From Octopus vulgaris (taxonomy: Eukaryota), in contig OX597828.1 in assembly GCA_951406725.2 (NCBI GenBank), positions 14,942,001 through 15,006,000 of the forward strand: 64,000 nt of DNA, read 5' to 3'. The position numbers and the translations under genes were made by a program. Positions 27,053-40,600 of the stretch are shown here, in pieces. The notes under the pieces are model-generated. The model worked only from the letters and a program-made list of their open reading frames with translations, had not been told where the DNA came from and did no database searches. Numbering within the stretch: the first letter of the stretch is position 1; the number at the start of each line of letters is the position of its first letter.

Positions 27053-28439
27053 TTTTATATCTAAGAACATGACCACTCCCTCTGATGGATTAAATCCCAG
27101 TTCCTGCCTACCAGATTCCCCTCATGCAATTTTGGTCACCCTGAGGCTATGATAGAAGACATTTGACCAAGGTGTTGCACAGTGGAATTGAACTGGAAAT
27201 CACAATATTTACAAAGCAAACTATTTAGCCACACAACAATGTTACCTAAAAAGCTTGTATTACATTTTGTTTTTGTTTTGTTTTCCTGTTTCTCTATATA
27301 TGCTGTATGTGGGTATGTGCGTACACGTATGTGATGGAAAGTGACGTAAAGTGGGTGTTGAAAGAGAAACTACAGCAATTTGAACTTTATATTATAGGCA
27401 GTCTATTGTCACCATTGTCTGCTCTTTCTTTCTTTCTAATTTTTGTTTTTCGTTTTCCTGTGCCCAGTAACTTGCTTTTCGACCTTTCCTCTCAATTTGA
27501 AACTATTATTACATCTCTACTGTTATTCTCTTACATTGGGACTAAATTAACCTCTTTTGGTTACTAGTTGAGGCAGTTATTTGTACATCCATCATTACTA
27601 TGTTGACCTGAACAATCACACTCTTGTTGTAAATGTTATTTTATTTTCAAATTCCCCTGTTCTATATTACACTCTGCTAAATTACATCTGTTGGGCACCA
27701 AAATCTGAAATCTACTTTTATTTCTCCACAATATTTTCAAGTACTTCAAGCTTGTTTTGTCTTTTTTTTCTTATTTATTTATTTCTGTTTATTAACATGA
27801 AGTATTTTGTTATTGTTGTCATTGCTATGTTTGAGCAAATCTCTGACTGAATTATAGTTAATTGAATCATTAACCCCATTTATTGCCATATTTCTGTTGC
27901 AATACAGCGCCTTGGTTTCAATTAATTTTGAAAATAATAAATAATTTATTAAAATAACTTTGTCAGTATTAAGCTGGTATTTGGAACATGGATTAACATG
28001 AAATTTTGATGGAAGAATTTAATTTAGATCACTTTAACACTTTAGTGTTGAAACTAGTCATATCTGGCTCAAATATCCCAGCTGGTTTATGTCCAAACTG
28101 GCTTGATTCAGTCCTTAACACCTACAACATCATTCTAAAAGTAAACAAACATACCATTGAAATTTCAAAGTTACAAGGTAATGCGTGATTAATTCAAGGC
28201 AATATGAAGGGATGAGAATTACTTTTGACAGAGTAATCTGAATGCTGAAGGGTTAAAATGTATCACAGAACCAAGGGTGGTTTTAAGCAGGTCAGTATGA
28301 AAAGGGTCGAGAATATCGATAGGCTTGAGAGAGAGAGGGAATAAACAGCCATGCCAAGACAATAGTGTATGAAATATCAAATCCAGAGGTCAGCAGTTCA
28401 TATCTTAATATTGTCATTACATTGTATCAATATGGTAAA

Positions 28440-28821
28440 CTTAATGATTATGAAATGAAAGAGGCATAAGAGTGCTATTATTAAATGTGAAAAATGTATG
28501 GGAGAGAGGGTCTGCCTACTGTGAATCCAACTGAGGGATCAGCAGTATGATAGATAAAGCAATTAAGGATATAAAAATGGTCCATCAGGAATTACCACTG
28601 AAATGCTTAAAATATCTGATGGAAGGGAATATGGTCTAATCAACTTTGTAGCTGATCAGGTTCTACAGGGAGGTATCATACCCAACAACTGATGTAGCAG
28701 CATTATAATCAACTGTTACAAGAGTAAAGGAGGTACCTTAGAGAGCAGTAATTACAGAAGCATCAAATTGTTGGACCACATCATGAAAGTTAGAGAGAGT
28801 TAGCTCAACTAATAGGGAAGA
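28440..28821 (+). mobile_element. RTE-clade LINE ORF2 fragment (pre-RT region)
   Basis: GPSGITTEMLK...IIP...IINCYKSKG..ESSNYRSIKLLDHIMKV, decayed. Confidence 0.8.
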
Positions 28822-28936
28822 TCACTTTTTTAAGTTATCTCTACAGATTTACTGTAGAAATTAGAGCCAGCTCTAAGTTACATTTCATATGTGAATATGT
28901 CTATGTAAACCATGCGATTAACAATAGTAAAATAAT

Positions 28937-29096
28937 GGCACAGGAGTGGCTGTGTGGTAAGTAGCTTGCTTACCAACCACATGGTTCCGGGTTCAGTCTC
29001 ACTGCATGGCACCTTGGGCAAGTGTCTTCTACTATAGCCTCGAGCCAACCAAAGCCTTGTGAGTGGATTTGGTAGACGGAAACTGAAAGAAGCCCG

Positions 29097-29159
<63 letters not shown>

Positions 29160-29356
29160 TGTGTGTCTGTGTTTGTTCCCCCAACATCGCTTGACAACCG
29201 ATGCTGGTGTGTTTACGTCCCCTTAACTTAGCGGTTCGGCAAAAGAGACCGATAGAATATGTACTAGGCTTACAAAGAATAAGTCCTGGGGTCGATTTGC
29301 TCGACTAAAGGTGGTGCTCCAGCATGGCCACAGTCAAATGACTGAAACAAGTAAAA
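28937..29356 (+). mobile_element. SINE family A copy with expanded (TA)n
   Basis: Full head and tail. Confidence 0.88.
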
Positions 29357-29704
29357 ACAAAAATGGGTGTATATGCATATTTCAGGATTGATTGCTCTTT
29401 CTTCAGCACCACTTCCAACCCATTAACCATCCACGAACACATTGCTTAAATAGCCACTGAATTTAGCAGTCTAACACAATTGGATAGACCAATTTACATA
29501 TTAAATACATTCTTGGAGACTGTACATACAGATTAATTGCTGGTAGGGATACCATATTTCATGTTGCAACCATAATAAACTACCAAGTATATTTAGGATT
29601 TACAAGTCAGTACTGTATCCTAATTGTGTTAGCAGTGCAATTCAATCACTTAAATGTACTTGGTAGTTTATTATGGTTTGCAAAATATGGTGTCTCTTAC
29701 CAGT

Positions 29705-30500
29705 AATTAATAAGGAAGAGAATTAGCCTGGATGAGATGCAGTTTGGTTTTGTGCCAAATTCTGCTGATGCCCTTTTTCTAGTAAAGTAACTTCAGGAAA
29801 AGTATTTATCCAAAAGTAAACTGCTGTATTTGGCATTCATTGACCTAGGGAAAGCTCTTGACGGGGTCCCTTGATCCCTGGTCTGGTAATTGCTGCAGAA
29901 GCTTGAAGTAGATGAATAGCAGGTGAGAGCCTTTCAAACCATGAACCGTGATGCTGTCAGTAAGGTGAGAGTTAGTAATGAGTATAGCAATGAATCTAAT
30001 GTGAAGGTTGTTCACAAGTGCTCAGTTCCCAGCTCCCTTCTATTTATCACAGTCCTCCAGGCCATAACAGAGGAGTTTTAAGACTGGTTACTTGTAGGAA
30101 CTCTTCTACACAGATGACCTTGTTCTTATAGCTGTATCTGTAGTAGAATTAGAAAAGAAATACAAGGTGTGGAAATAAAACCTGGTCTCGAAGGACCTTA
30201 AGTTCAGCAGAGAATCAGACAAGACATTAATCCTTTCAGGAAAATGGCCCTGATTTCAATATGTTGAAAAGGTGTAGGTAGAAAGTCTATACTGTGTACC
30301 CAGTGCAAACTACAGACACACAAGGAGTGTAGTGGAATCATGAGAAGATTAAAGAGAAGGTTGGTTTTGCTTGTGGCAGATGCACAGGTGCAGTAAACAC
30401 TAAAACCACACGGGGAATAATAAATTTTCTTGACTGTCTATGAAGATCCTTTGAGATAGTAGATCATTTCTGTTACCTAGGTGACCAAATTAACTGGAGG
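29705..30500 (+). mobile_element. RTE-clade LINE RT fragment continuing the previous fragment, with a Cys/His finger
   Basis: LDEMQFGFVP, LYLAFIDLGKALD, LLFITVL, ELFYTDDLVL, CTQCK..THKECSG, FCYLGD; many stops. Confidence 0.88.
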
Positions 30501-30913
30501 CAAATATTCTGAAAGGTACTAGAATAAGAACTGACTATGAATGCAAACAACATGCACCAATATGTATATATGTCTGAGTGTGTGTGTGTGTCTCTTAAAA
30601 CTGTACTCCACTCAGTTGAAAAGGGTCTTGTCGTGCGGGTGCTTGGAAACCTCATTAGTACTGATACCACAAAAATTTTTAAAAAAAGCACCCATTACAC
30701 TCTGTGAAGTGGTTGGCATCCAACTGTAGAAACCATGCTAAAGTAAATGTTGGAAGTTGGTGCAGCCCTCTGGCTCATTAGTTCAAGCCAAACCACCCCA
30801 CCCATGCCAACATGGAAAAAGGGACTTTAAAGGATCATGATATATGATTTGATTTGATCTAGTTTCAGCTCATGAGCTATGGTCATGCTGGGGCACTGCC
30901 ATTTATATATATA

Positions 30914-30947
<34 letters not shown>

Positions 30948-32014
30948 GTAATCAATTTAAAAACACCACCGAATGAGCTGCTAATAGTTTCATACTTTTA
31001 TGATACCTGAACAAGGATATTTATAAAATACACCTATCTTAAAGCAATCTTTCAGGCTCTGTTTATGTATTAAATAGATTTTTAAAACAAGGATACTGGA
31101 CAGTAAACAAATAAGAAAAAATGAGGGAAAAAAGGGTGAATAAGGTTGATGCAAAAAATGGAACGAGGAAAAAGAAATGAAAAAAAACCCAAAAAAACTA
31201 AGCTCCTTGTCCTCCCTATAGAGATAGATAGGTAGGTAGGTAGGCAGGCATATTTGCATATACATTGTTAATGAATTTTGATTAATAAATTACATACCTC
31301 CAATGCAATTTTTATTACCTTCCATTAGCTAGATTGTTTCCTATCTTACACACTTCAGAAAGAATTACTAGACTGCTGTACACGTATTTCACATTAGACT
31401 TTATATAACAGCTTTCCAGCTCATATTTTTACTTTTCTATAAAGTTGCTTGACCTCCTACAAATAGCAGCTAAACCCTATTACATATTACACTCTTCTGT
31501 CTTCAAAAAGTTTTTTAAAAAAAACAAAAAGGAAGGGCAGTTTTTGATTTGCTAACCCTGAAAAGAAGACAGGATGGTCATGCCTGGAATGCTTTTGAAC
31601 AGATCTTCTTAGTCAGGACTAAAAGACAACAAGCTTCCTTTTTGTTTTCATTAGTCTTGATTGAAAAAATTAATGGCTCCGTAATAATAAATTTGTTTCC
31701 CAACCACATGGTTCTGGGTTCAGTCCCACTGTGTGGCACCTTGGGCAAGTGTTTTCGACTACAACCTCAGGCCAACCAAAACCTTGCCAGTGAATTTGGC
31801 AGATGTAAACTGAAAAAAGCTCAGCATGTGTGTGTATGTGTCTTTGTGTTTGTCTCCCACTACTGCTTGACAACCAGTGTTATGTTTACATCCCAGTAGC
31901 TTAGCGGTTTGGCAAAAAGATATCAAGAAGTGCTGGGGTTGATTAATTCAACATAAAATTCTTGAAGACAGTGCCTCTGTATGGCCGCATTCTAATGACT
32001 ATAACAAGTAAAAG

Positions 32015-32317
32015 GTGGAGGCGCAATGGCCCAGTGGTTAGGGCAATGGACTCGCGGTCGTAGGATCGCAGTTTCAATTCCCAGACCAGCATTGTGAGTG
32101 TTTATTGAGCGAAAACACCTAAATCTCCACAAGGCTCTGGTAGGGTGTGGTGGTGATCCCTGCTGTACTCTTTCACCACAACTTACTCTTTCTTCTGTTG
32201 GCCTGCTCGCTTAGCCAGCGAGGAGTGGCATCATTGAAGGCTAAAACAATGCGAAGCGCATTGTGACCAGCGATGTGTAGCAACATCTGATGGCCTGGTC
32301 GGTGACGTGATCACGTG
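32015..32317 (+). mobile_element. tRNA-derived SINE family C
   Basis: Head GGAGGCGCAATGGCCCAGTGGTTAGG...GTTTCAATTCC; 14-bp TSD ATAACAAGTAAAAG (32001-32014, 32318-32331). Confidence 0.85.
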
Positions 32318-33129
32318 ATAACAAGTAAAAGATAAAAGATAATTATTTTGCTATCTAAAATTTATTATATATATTACCCATTGGTGTTGCTACAGCATGA
32401 CTGCAGCTGCATGACTCAAAAGAATAAAAGAATGCAATGTTTTGTCAACCAGCCTGCATAAGTGATCTGATTGATCTAATTTCAAACCTTCCATCAAAAT
32501 CCCACGATGATTTATATTCTAACACCCAGTTTCATTATGACAGAGTTGTTTTACTTTAATTCTTCATTAATTTCAAATTAACTGAAACAAAAGCAGAGTA
32601 CTTCTACAGAAATACCATAACAAAAGAGTTAATAGATTGATTAGTGTAACTAAATTTTAAAACATTGTCTTTCCTCAAAACTCATAGCCTCGTTATTCCC
32701 TTAACACCTCCAAACCTTTCCTCTCGTATGTTGAAGTATTTCTTATTCTATCTCAATCAATAAAATCCCCACCAAAACCGTTTTCTGGAATCCTATACTA
32801 TCTTGATTATATTTTGTTTCATTTTGTTTATTGCCTTTTTTTTATTTATTTTTTTGTTATCCTAGTTTTTGCTGCCTTCCTCCTCCCCTTCCACACTTCA
32901 CACCTGTTTTCTGTGCCCTCCCCTCGCATACTTGTTCTGTAAAATATACATTTTAATGCGGCAGAAGTATGAATAGAGGCAATTATAATGTTGGGTTAAA
33001 AGATGATTTAATGATGACTTAAAGTGTGCACGCATATGGCATTAATATTCAATGAATACACATGTGCATAAATATAAACATACACACACAAATACATATG
33101 TGTCTATATATTGTTTGTATGAACATAGG

Positions 33130-33272
33130 TAGTCATAGATAGAGTCATAGAGAGATAGTCATAGATAGATAGATAGATATAGAGAGATAGTTGTAGATAG
33201 ATAGATATCGAGAGATAGTCATAGATAGATAGATAGATAGACATAGAGAGATAGTCGTAGATAGATAGATAC
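33130..33272. repeat. (GATA)n / GATAGTCATA compound microsatellite
   Basis: Directly visible. Confidence 0.9.
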
Positions 33273-33821
33273 ATGCATACATTCATTGAATGGGTGAGAG
33301 GAAAATAAGCTCAGTATAGATAACAGTGTTCAAATGGATGTGAGCTTAAACTCCAACCATTTTCATCCAAAGCCTCAGCATTGAAAGTGGCCATATAAAG
33401 CAATCCTTATCAAGCTGTTTGAGAGATAGTAAGGTAGACAACCACAGTTAGGCTTGAAAGATATACATACATGAAACACGTTTTTTTTTCTGTATTTTGT
33501 GCACCATATAAAATATATACCTCAAGCCTAACAGTGTTTATCAACCTTACTACTTCTATATGCATGTGTGTTTGAGTGTGCATATATATTATTTGTATAT
33601 CAATGTATATGGTCCACTCTAAGATGGTTGGTGTAAAGAAGGGCATCCAGCTACAAAAACCTGCCCAAGAACACAGTGGAGCCTTGTAAAGTCTCCTGCT
33701 GAGCCAGCCCCTGTCAAACCATCCAACCCATGCTAGCATGGGAAACAGACATTAATTGATGATGATATTAGACAGGTAGGTAGATTGGCAAATAGGCATA
33801 TTAGTGTATATACATTATGTA

Positions 33822-33868
<47 letters not shown>

Positions 33869-34277
33869 CTGTATGCAGCAGTATAGAAATATTACATACA
33901 CAATGGGAGCAAATTTGAGCAAGTAGTTTAGAAGTCCACTTCTCAGTCATTGAGGCCCCAAGTTCAGTTCCACTGTGTAGCAGTTTTGGCGTGTCTCTGC
34001 TGTCATGGCCCCAGGTGGGCCCTAACTTTGTAAGTTAAATTTTGTGGATGAAAACTATGCAGAAGCCTATCGTGTTGACTGTACCTTTAATTCAAAGGTC
34101 CAGCTTCTTTGCCTCACACTGTGGCATGCTGGCTCAGCCAGAGAATTACATTAAAGGATACGAATGTCTATGGTATACTCGACCACTTGCTAGTGAGTAA
34201 TACAATGAATAAGCAGTTCAGTTGATTGAATGACAGGAATAGTCATCATCAAAACTGATATGGATCCATATACTTTA

Positions 34278-34398
34278 TATATATACACACACACACACAC
34301 ATATATATATACACACACACATATATATACACATATATTCATACACAGACACATATATATATATACACGCACACACACATATATATATATATATTCAT

Positions 34399-34434
<36 letters not shown>

Positions 34435-34442
34435 GTATGTGT
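34278..34442. repeat. (TA)n/(CA)n compound microsatellite, one of many (also ~3945-4097, 7835-7918, 8616-8772, 13568-13666, 29099-29156, 38094-38135)
   Basis: Directly visible. Confidence 0.95.
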
Positions 34443-34939
34443 ACTTGCTTACATATACATCTGATATTTCCAGGGAAAGTGTAACAGTGAAACATGATAA
34501 AGACGATAATATTTCATTGAACTTTTAGACATGATAATGTAGATATATCTGTACTAAATACCATTTCTCCTAGCATGTTTTCATCTGCATTCTTTTGTTT
34601 GTTTGTTTTTTTTTTTCATACAATTTATCAGGGTTTTTTTTTTTCTAATGAATTTAGCTATTTTCTATATTCTATTCATTTTTGTTCTCGTCAACATTTC
34701 GATTCTTTCCTTCCAACCTAATGTTCTTTCTGTCATGTGTGTGTGTTTGTGTATTATATATATAATTATATATATATATATGAGAGAAAGAGAAAGAGAG
34801 GGTATTGTGTTTGTGTGTACACTTGTATGTTATATTCATGTCTAGTTGTTTGTATGTGTATACATATTTGTGTGTGTGTGTACAACATCCTTATCTTCAA
34901 TATAATCAGTTTATCCTTGTTTGTTTTTCTATTTTCCAG

Positions 34940-35045
34940 TCTGTGGTGCTAATCTCCAAACTTCCATTCCCAAACCTTTTTTCTCAATTAGTTCGCATTA
35001 TTGCTCCAGAATATTTTGATAACGGTGAACCGAGTGTTGAAGCAG
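34940..35045 (+). CDS. DENND6: DENND6 exon (SVVLISKLPFPNLFSQLVRIIAPEYFDNGEPSVEA-A)
   Basis: Acceptor ttttccag, donor gtaagt. 106 nt, phase 0 to 1. S(L/V)VLISKLP and IAPEYF motifs. Confidence 0.95.
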
Positions 35046-35959
35046 GTAAGTAATTAATTACTCATCCACTTCCAATAATTACAATCGTTAATTTCATTAT
35101 TGAAAATAATTAAAGAAACCCCTAAGTTTGATTTGAAAATTTTTAGCATTTACAGTTTACATCTTTCTTGGGTGGGTGGGGGAGTGGATTTCCTTTAACC
35201 ATTTAGCATTCAGATTTTTCTATCAAATATACTCTTTTACTCGTTTCAGTCATTTGGGTCTTCAGTGTATCTATCCCACAATACACCTTGAGTTGTATGA
35301 TTGGACTAATGTTATTGAATATCTAAAGTCAGAGTTTCTTTGTAGCAAATGCAGTGTCTGGAGTTGAAGTTTCATCATTATTTACCTTTATCATTTTTTT
35401 AATCTGCTTTCCATTCTGGCATGGATTGGATGGATCGTCTTGATATATGAGTCAGCTCTTATTTGGATTTTCTGGCTTCATAGGCTTGTTCAGGGCCAAA
35501 TCTCACTCATGTTTTATTTAGATGTGGTTTCTGTAGCTGGTTGCCGTGTCTAACATCAAACACTTTACACAGTACTGGATGCATTTATTGTGGTCCTAGC
35601 ACTAGAGACTGTCATGTCCTCAACAAGATTGAAGAGCTAAAGAATTCAGATGTAATGTTAGAATTTCAGTGGGTGGAGATGAAGTTGTAACTAATGTCTG
35701 TTGTTAAGGTTTTTCTGTCACAGTTGAAGAACTAAGCTGTAGGAATTAAATCTGATATTTCAATACATAATATGCTTTACTTTAGCCTTAGAACTTATAT
35801 GGCCAGTTTCCTGGCTTCCATGGCATTTACCTGACCAAGGCCATAACAATCCTCCTGAATGGGACACTGATCCATTGTAGAGTTTACGGCCAACAATTTG
35901 GAGTGGAGGGGGCAAGTTGATTACATCAACCCCAGTACTTGACTGGTACTTTTTATCGA

Positions 35960-36190
35960 GGCGGCGAGCTGGCAGAAACGTTAGCACGCCGGGCGAAATG
36001 CTTAGCAGTATTTCGTCTGCCGTTACGTTGTGAGTTCAAATTCCGCCGAGGTCGACTTTGCCTTTCATCCTTTCGGGGTCGATAAATTAAGTACCAGTTA
36101 CGCACTGGGGTCGATATAATCAACTTAATACCTATGTCTGTCTTTGTTTGTCCCCTCTATGTTTAGCCCCTTGTGGGTAATAAAGAAATA
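35960..36190 (+). mobile_element. SINE family B (~230 bp; central GCCTTTCATCCTTTCGGGGTCGATAAA, Meta-domain-like)
   Basis: 15-bp TSD GGTACTTTTTATCGA (35945-35959, 36191-36205); tRNA-like head with GTTCAAATTCC. Confidence 0.9.
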
Positions 36191-37046
36191 GGTACTTTTT
36201 ATCGACCCTGGAGGGATGAAAAGCAAAGTTGCCCTCAGTGGTATTTGAGTATTTGAACAGGAAAACATAAAGAGCTGGCATGTCACTAAACATTTTCTCT
36301 GACATGCTAACAATTCTGCCAGCTCACCCTCTCACACACAAATGATGCACACTCATGATGATTGATTAATTTAAACTCTTCCCTGAGTTTTTCTCTCATT
36401 TCAAAAATATATCCTCAGATTTAAGAGAACATGATCAAAATCAGCCTGCCAGTCATACCAATTTACCTAAAAGTTCCTTAGCTATAAAAGAAAAAAAAAA
36501 AAGAAAAGATAATGAAGCTTACTACTATTTTTTTTCCGTAAAAGAAAATTTTCTGATGGATTTTTTTTTTTGTCTTTTAGTATTTTGTTTTTTAGGATGG
36601 GGTGGGGGTATAGTTGGGGGATATATTTTAAAGCCATTAGGTGCAGGGATTATAGTGGATTAATCTTGTCTGTAGAATTAAAGTCATTGTGGGAGGAATG
36701 ATTTCTAACGTGTCAGTGTAGAACCATCAAGAGCGGACTTTAATTAAAAAGAAATCACTTTACAAATTTCTAATCTACTCGTATCAAAAAGATTTCTACT
36801 TCTTGGTGAAATGTCTCTCTTCTGCACTGGGATTTTATTTCTGTCTTTTTAATTTTATTTTGAATTGCTTTCAGCAAATTTGTTTCCTAAATAGTTTTAC
36901 TGATAGCTGCTACTTCATTTAGTTTCAATAGATTTTTTAGTTAGTTTCTAGATCAATTTCTATTGTTAGCACAACAATAAAAATTCAGGGAGAGAAGTGA
37001 AAGTCAGTTTTATCAATCCCTTTATTGACCCATTACTCATTTGGTA

Positions 37047-37614
37047 TTGGGTTGTCCGGAAAGTTCATGCCGATTATTTAAAGGAAAGAAAAAGGTCAAT
37101 AAATACTTGCCATTACATTTTTAATCAACCAAATATGAACCATTTTGTTGCACAATGCGTCTCTATCTTTCCTTTTACTTGAAAATACCCTCTTCCCAGA
37201 ATTGAGGTGCTTTCAATGGCAAAGAATTCATCAAGGTATCTGTTTACATTGTCCAAGGAATTGAAATTTTTTACCATTAAGACTATTCTGCAGAGACCTG
37301 AATAAGTGGAAATCCGAAGGAGCAATATCTGGTGAATAGGAGGGTGGGGTATCACATCCCAGCCAAGCTGCAGCAATTTTTGTCTGGTTCCCAAAGCATC
37401 AAGTGCCGAAAATGAACTTTCTTATCTTCCATTTTAAAGGGTTACAGAATTAACACAGGTTATAGGAACATAAACCTTCTTCCATGAAAAGACAGCTTAA
37501 ACTGTGCTCTATATGGAGGTGTAGTCAAATCCTATTTTATGGACTCAACCATGTTCTAAAATAAGTCGAAAGGTAAGCTACTATAAATCGGCATGAACTT
37601 TCCGGACAACCCAA
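37047..37614 (-). mobile_element. internally deleted mariner element (568 bp)
   Basis: Perfect ~29-bp TIRs TTGGGTTGTCCGGAAAGTTCATGCCGATT with TA on both sides. Minus strand keeps the transposase C-terminus LGWDVIPHPP / YSPDIAPSDFHLF. Confidence 0.95.
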
Positions 37615-37729
37615 TATTTTATCACATTCCACCTGCAAAGACGAAAAGTGACGTTGACCATAGCAAGGTTTGAACTCATAACATAAGGCAGGAATGTAGC
37701 AAAATACCATAAATTATATAAGGAAACTA

Positions 37730-38052
37730 GCTGTGATACCAGTGCCGGTGGCACATAAGAGAACCATCTGAACATGGCCATAGCCAGTGCCACCCCAACT
37801 GGCCTCCGTGCCGGTGGCACATGAAAAGAACCAACCGATCGTGACCGTTTGCCAGCCTCATCTGGGACGTAAAAATCACCCACTACACTCACAGAGTGGT
37901 TGGCGTTAGGAAGGGCATCCAGCTGTAGAAACACTGCCCGATCAGACTGGGCTTGGTGCAGCCTTCTGGCTTCCCAGACCCCAGTTGAACCGTCCAACCC
38001 ATGCTAGCACGGAAAACGGACGTTAAACGATGATGATGATGATGATGATGAT
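37730..38052 (+). mobile_element. RTE LINE 3' UTR copy
   Basis: Same core and (GAT)n tail. Shorter copies also at ~6725-6945, 42468-42617, 46780-47030 and 50830-51030. Confidence 0.8.
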
Positions 38053-38090
38053 GTTTCTGCCACTCCACTATCTTGAGTTAATTTTAACAT

Positions 38091-38140
<50 letters not shown>

Positions 38141-38330
38141 CCTTAATTTTCAGAGCAGGAGCAACCATTTAAATCAACCTTAGTATATGGCTGGTGCATA
38201 TTTTATTGGTCCCAGAAGGCAAAGTTGGCCACCAGCAAATCTGATTATAAAAATTCATAACCAAATACCACAAAGGGTTTTGCACTGTGCTCAACTGATT
38301 CTACCAGCCCCCTCCCTTAAGTTATTCTAA

Positions 38331-38706
38331 TACTCTTTACTCTTTTACTGGTTTCAGTCATTTGACTGGCCATGCTAGAGCACCGCCTTTAGTCGAGCAA
38401 ATCGACCCCAGGACTTATTCTTTGTAAGCCTAGTACTTATTCTATCAGTCTCTTTTGCCGAACCGCTAAGTTACAGGGACGTAAACACACCAGCATTGGT
38501 TGTCAAGCGATGTTGGGGGGACAAACACAGACACACACACATATATACGACGGGCTTCTTTTCAGTTTCCATCTATCCACTCACAAGGCTTTGGTCAGCC
38601 TGAGGCTATAGTAGAAGACACTTGCCCAAGGTGCCACGCAGAGGGACTGAACCCGGAACCGTGTGGTTGGTAAGCAAGCTACTTACCACACAGCCACTCC
38701 TACACC
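38331..38706 (-). mobile_element. SINE family A copy
   Basis: Full length, reverse orientation. Further copies at ~31690-32340, 39060-39430, 40900-41282, 54025-54400 and 55180-55908. Confidence 0.88.
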
Positions 38707-40520
38707 TATTTTACTTATATTTACTTAGTTTGTTTTTTTTGTTATAGTCAGTTAAAACAGTTATTAACCCAAGAAAGATGAAAGGTGAAGTTGAACTCAG
38801 AATGTAAAGAATTATAACTAAATATTGCAAAGCATTTTGTCTGTAACCATTCCGCCAACACCCTTAAGTTAGTAGTTTTTATATTGAAACTATTGAAGAT
38901 GAACACTAGCGCTGTTTTGTTGTGCCCTTGTGATTAAGTAGCTTCCCAACCACATGGTTTTGGGTTCAGGCAAGTATATTCTATTTTAGCCCCAGGCTGA
39001 AAGGAGCCTCTGTGTATGTGTGTGCTTATATATATATATATATATATGGAGAGAGAGAGCTTGCTTTCCAACCACATGGTTCTGGGTTCAGTCCCATTGC
39101 ATGACACCTTGGGCAAGGTGCCATACAATTGGACCGACCAAAGCCTTGTGAGTGAATTTGGTAGAAAGAAACTGAAAGAAGCCTGTCATTTATTTATATA
39201 TATATACGTGTGTATGTCTTTGTGTCTGTTTGTACCTCCCTCCCACCATTGCTTGACAACTGATATTGGTGTGTTTATATCCCCATAACTTAGTAGTTCA
39301 GCCAAAGAGACTGATGGAATAAATTCTAAGCTTACAAAGAATAAGTACTGGGGTCAATTTCTTCGACTAAAACCCTTTAAGGTGGTGCTCCAGCATGTCC
39401 ACAGTCAAATGACTGAAACATGTAAAAGAATATATATATATATCATTTAACATACATTTTCCATGCTGGTACAGGTTAAACAGTTTGATCAGAGCTGGTA
39501 AGCCAGGGAGCTGCATCAGGCACCTGATGTCCATTTTAGTTTGGTTTCTATGGCTGGATGCCCTTCCTAATGCCAACCACTCTACAGAGTGTACAGGGTG
39601 TCATTTATGTGTCACCAGCACAGGTGCCCTTTTACATACATGTATAATCACCATTTAACATCCACTTTCTCCATGCTTTCATGGGTCATACAGAATTTCT
39701 TGAGGCAGGTTTTCTATGGCTAGCTGCCCTTCGTGTCACTATTTATAGATGTGTGTTTGTGTCTCCTTGTCTTGGCATTGCATGATAGTTTCAATGAGTA
39801 TTACCATCATCACAAGTGATGTCCTTCAGTTCTAGTCTTCCATGGAAATGTGTCTGGACACAGAAATATTAACCTTACATGGAAACAGGTGAGGGCTTAG
39901 CAACAGACAGAAAGGGCATCCAGCCCTAGAAAATTTTCCTCAAATTCCACCCAACCCATGCAAGCATGGACAAGTTGATATTAGAATAATGATGATGATG
40001 GTGATGATATTTAGAGAGGTCACCACAAAAATGTAGTTCATTGGGTGGGTGTATTGTCGATCTGCCGCATGACTTTCCTTCTGTATGCCGTCAAGGATGT
40101 CTGTATGTGTAGCAACAGTGCCAGCATTGTTTTAAACAATCTCGTAATCAATAGTTATATTCAATATATAGATTTGTATTCTTCATTCATTCCTAGTTTA
40201 TTAAAAAAAATTAATTTATAGTCATAAATGGTTACATCGTATCGCTTTGTGTTGTAAGACATGACTAAAATGTGTAAGCAATAAGAGGGTATCTAGCTGT
40301 GAAATGTGAAACACTACATCAAAAAGGAACCGGTATTTGTACAACTACGCAGTCATAAGGTCTGTAAGATTAAACCTCACCAAATTTGACAGGAAAAAAT
40401 GACTTTTAAAATGTTTGCAGTTGTTCCATAAAAGGTTACTTTTTTTTTTCTTTTTCTTTTTTTTACTTCTGACATTTTTGAAATATAGTATGCAATGAAA
40501 TTCTTTTATCTTCATTTTAG

Positions 40521-40600
40521 CTTGTCATGATATAGATCAATGGCCTTCGCCGACACCTGGTGAAACATTAAACTTACCAATATTTGGAACTATCTTACAG
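40521..40600 (+). CDS. DENND6: DENND6 exon ([27 protein letters not shown])
   Basis: Acceptor cattttag, donor gtaagg. 80 nt, phase 1 to 0. Resembles [20 protein letters not shown]. Absent from the ORF track. Confidence 0.93.
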
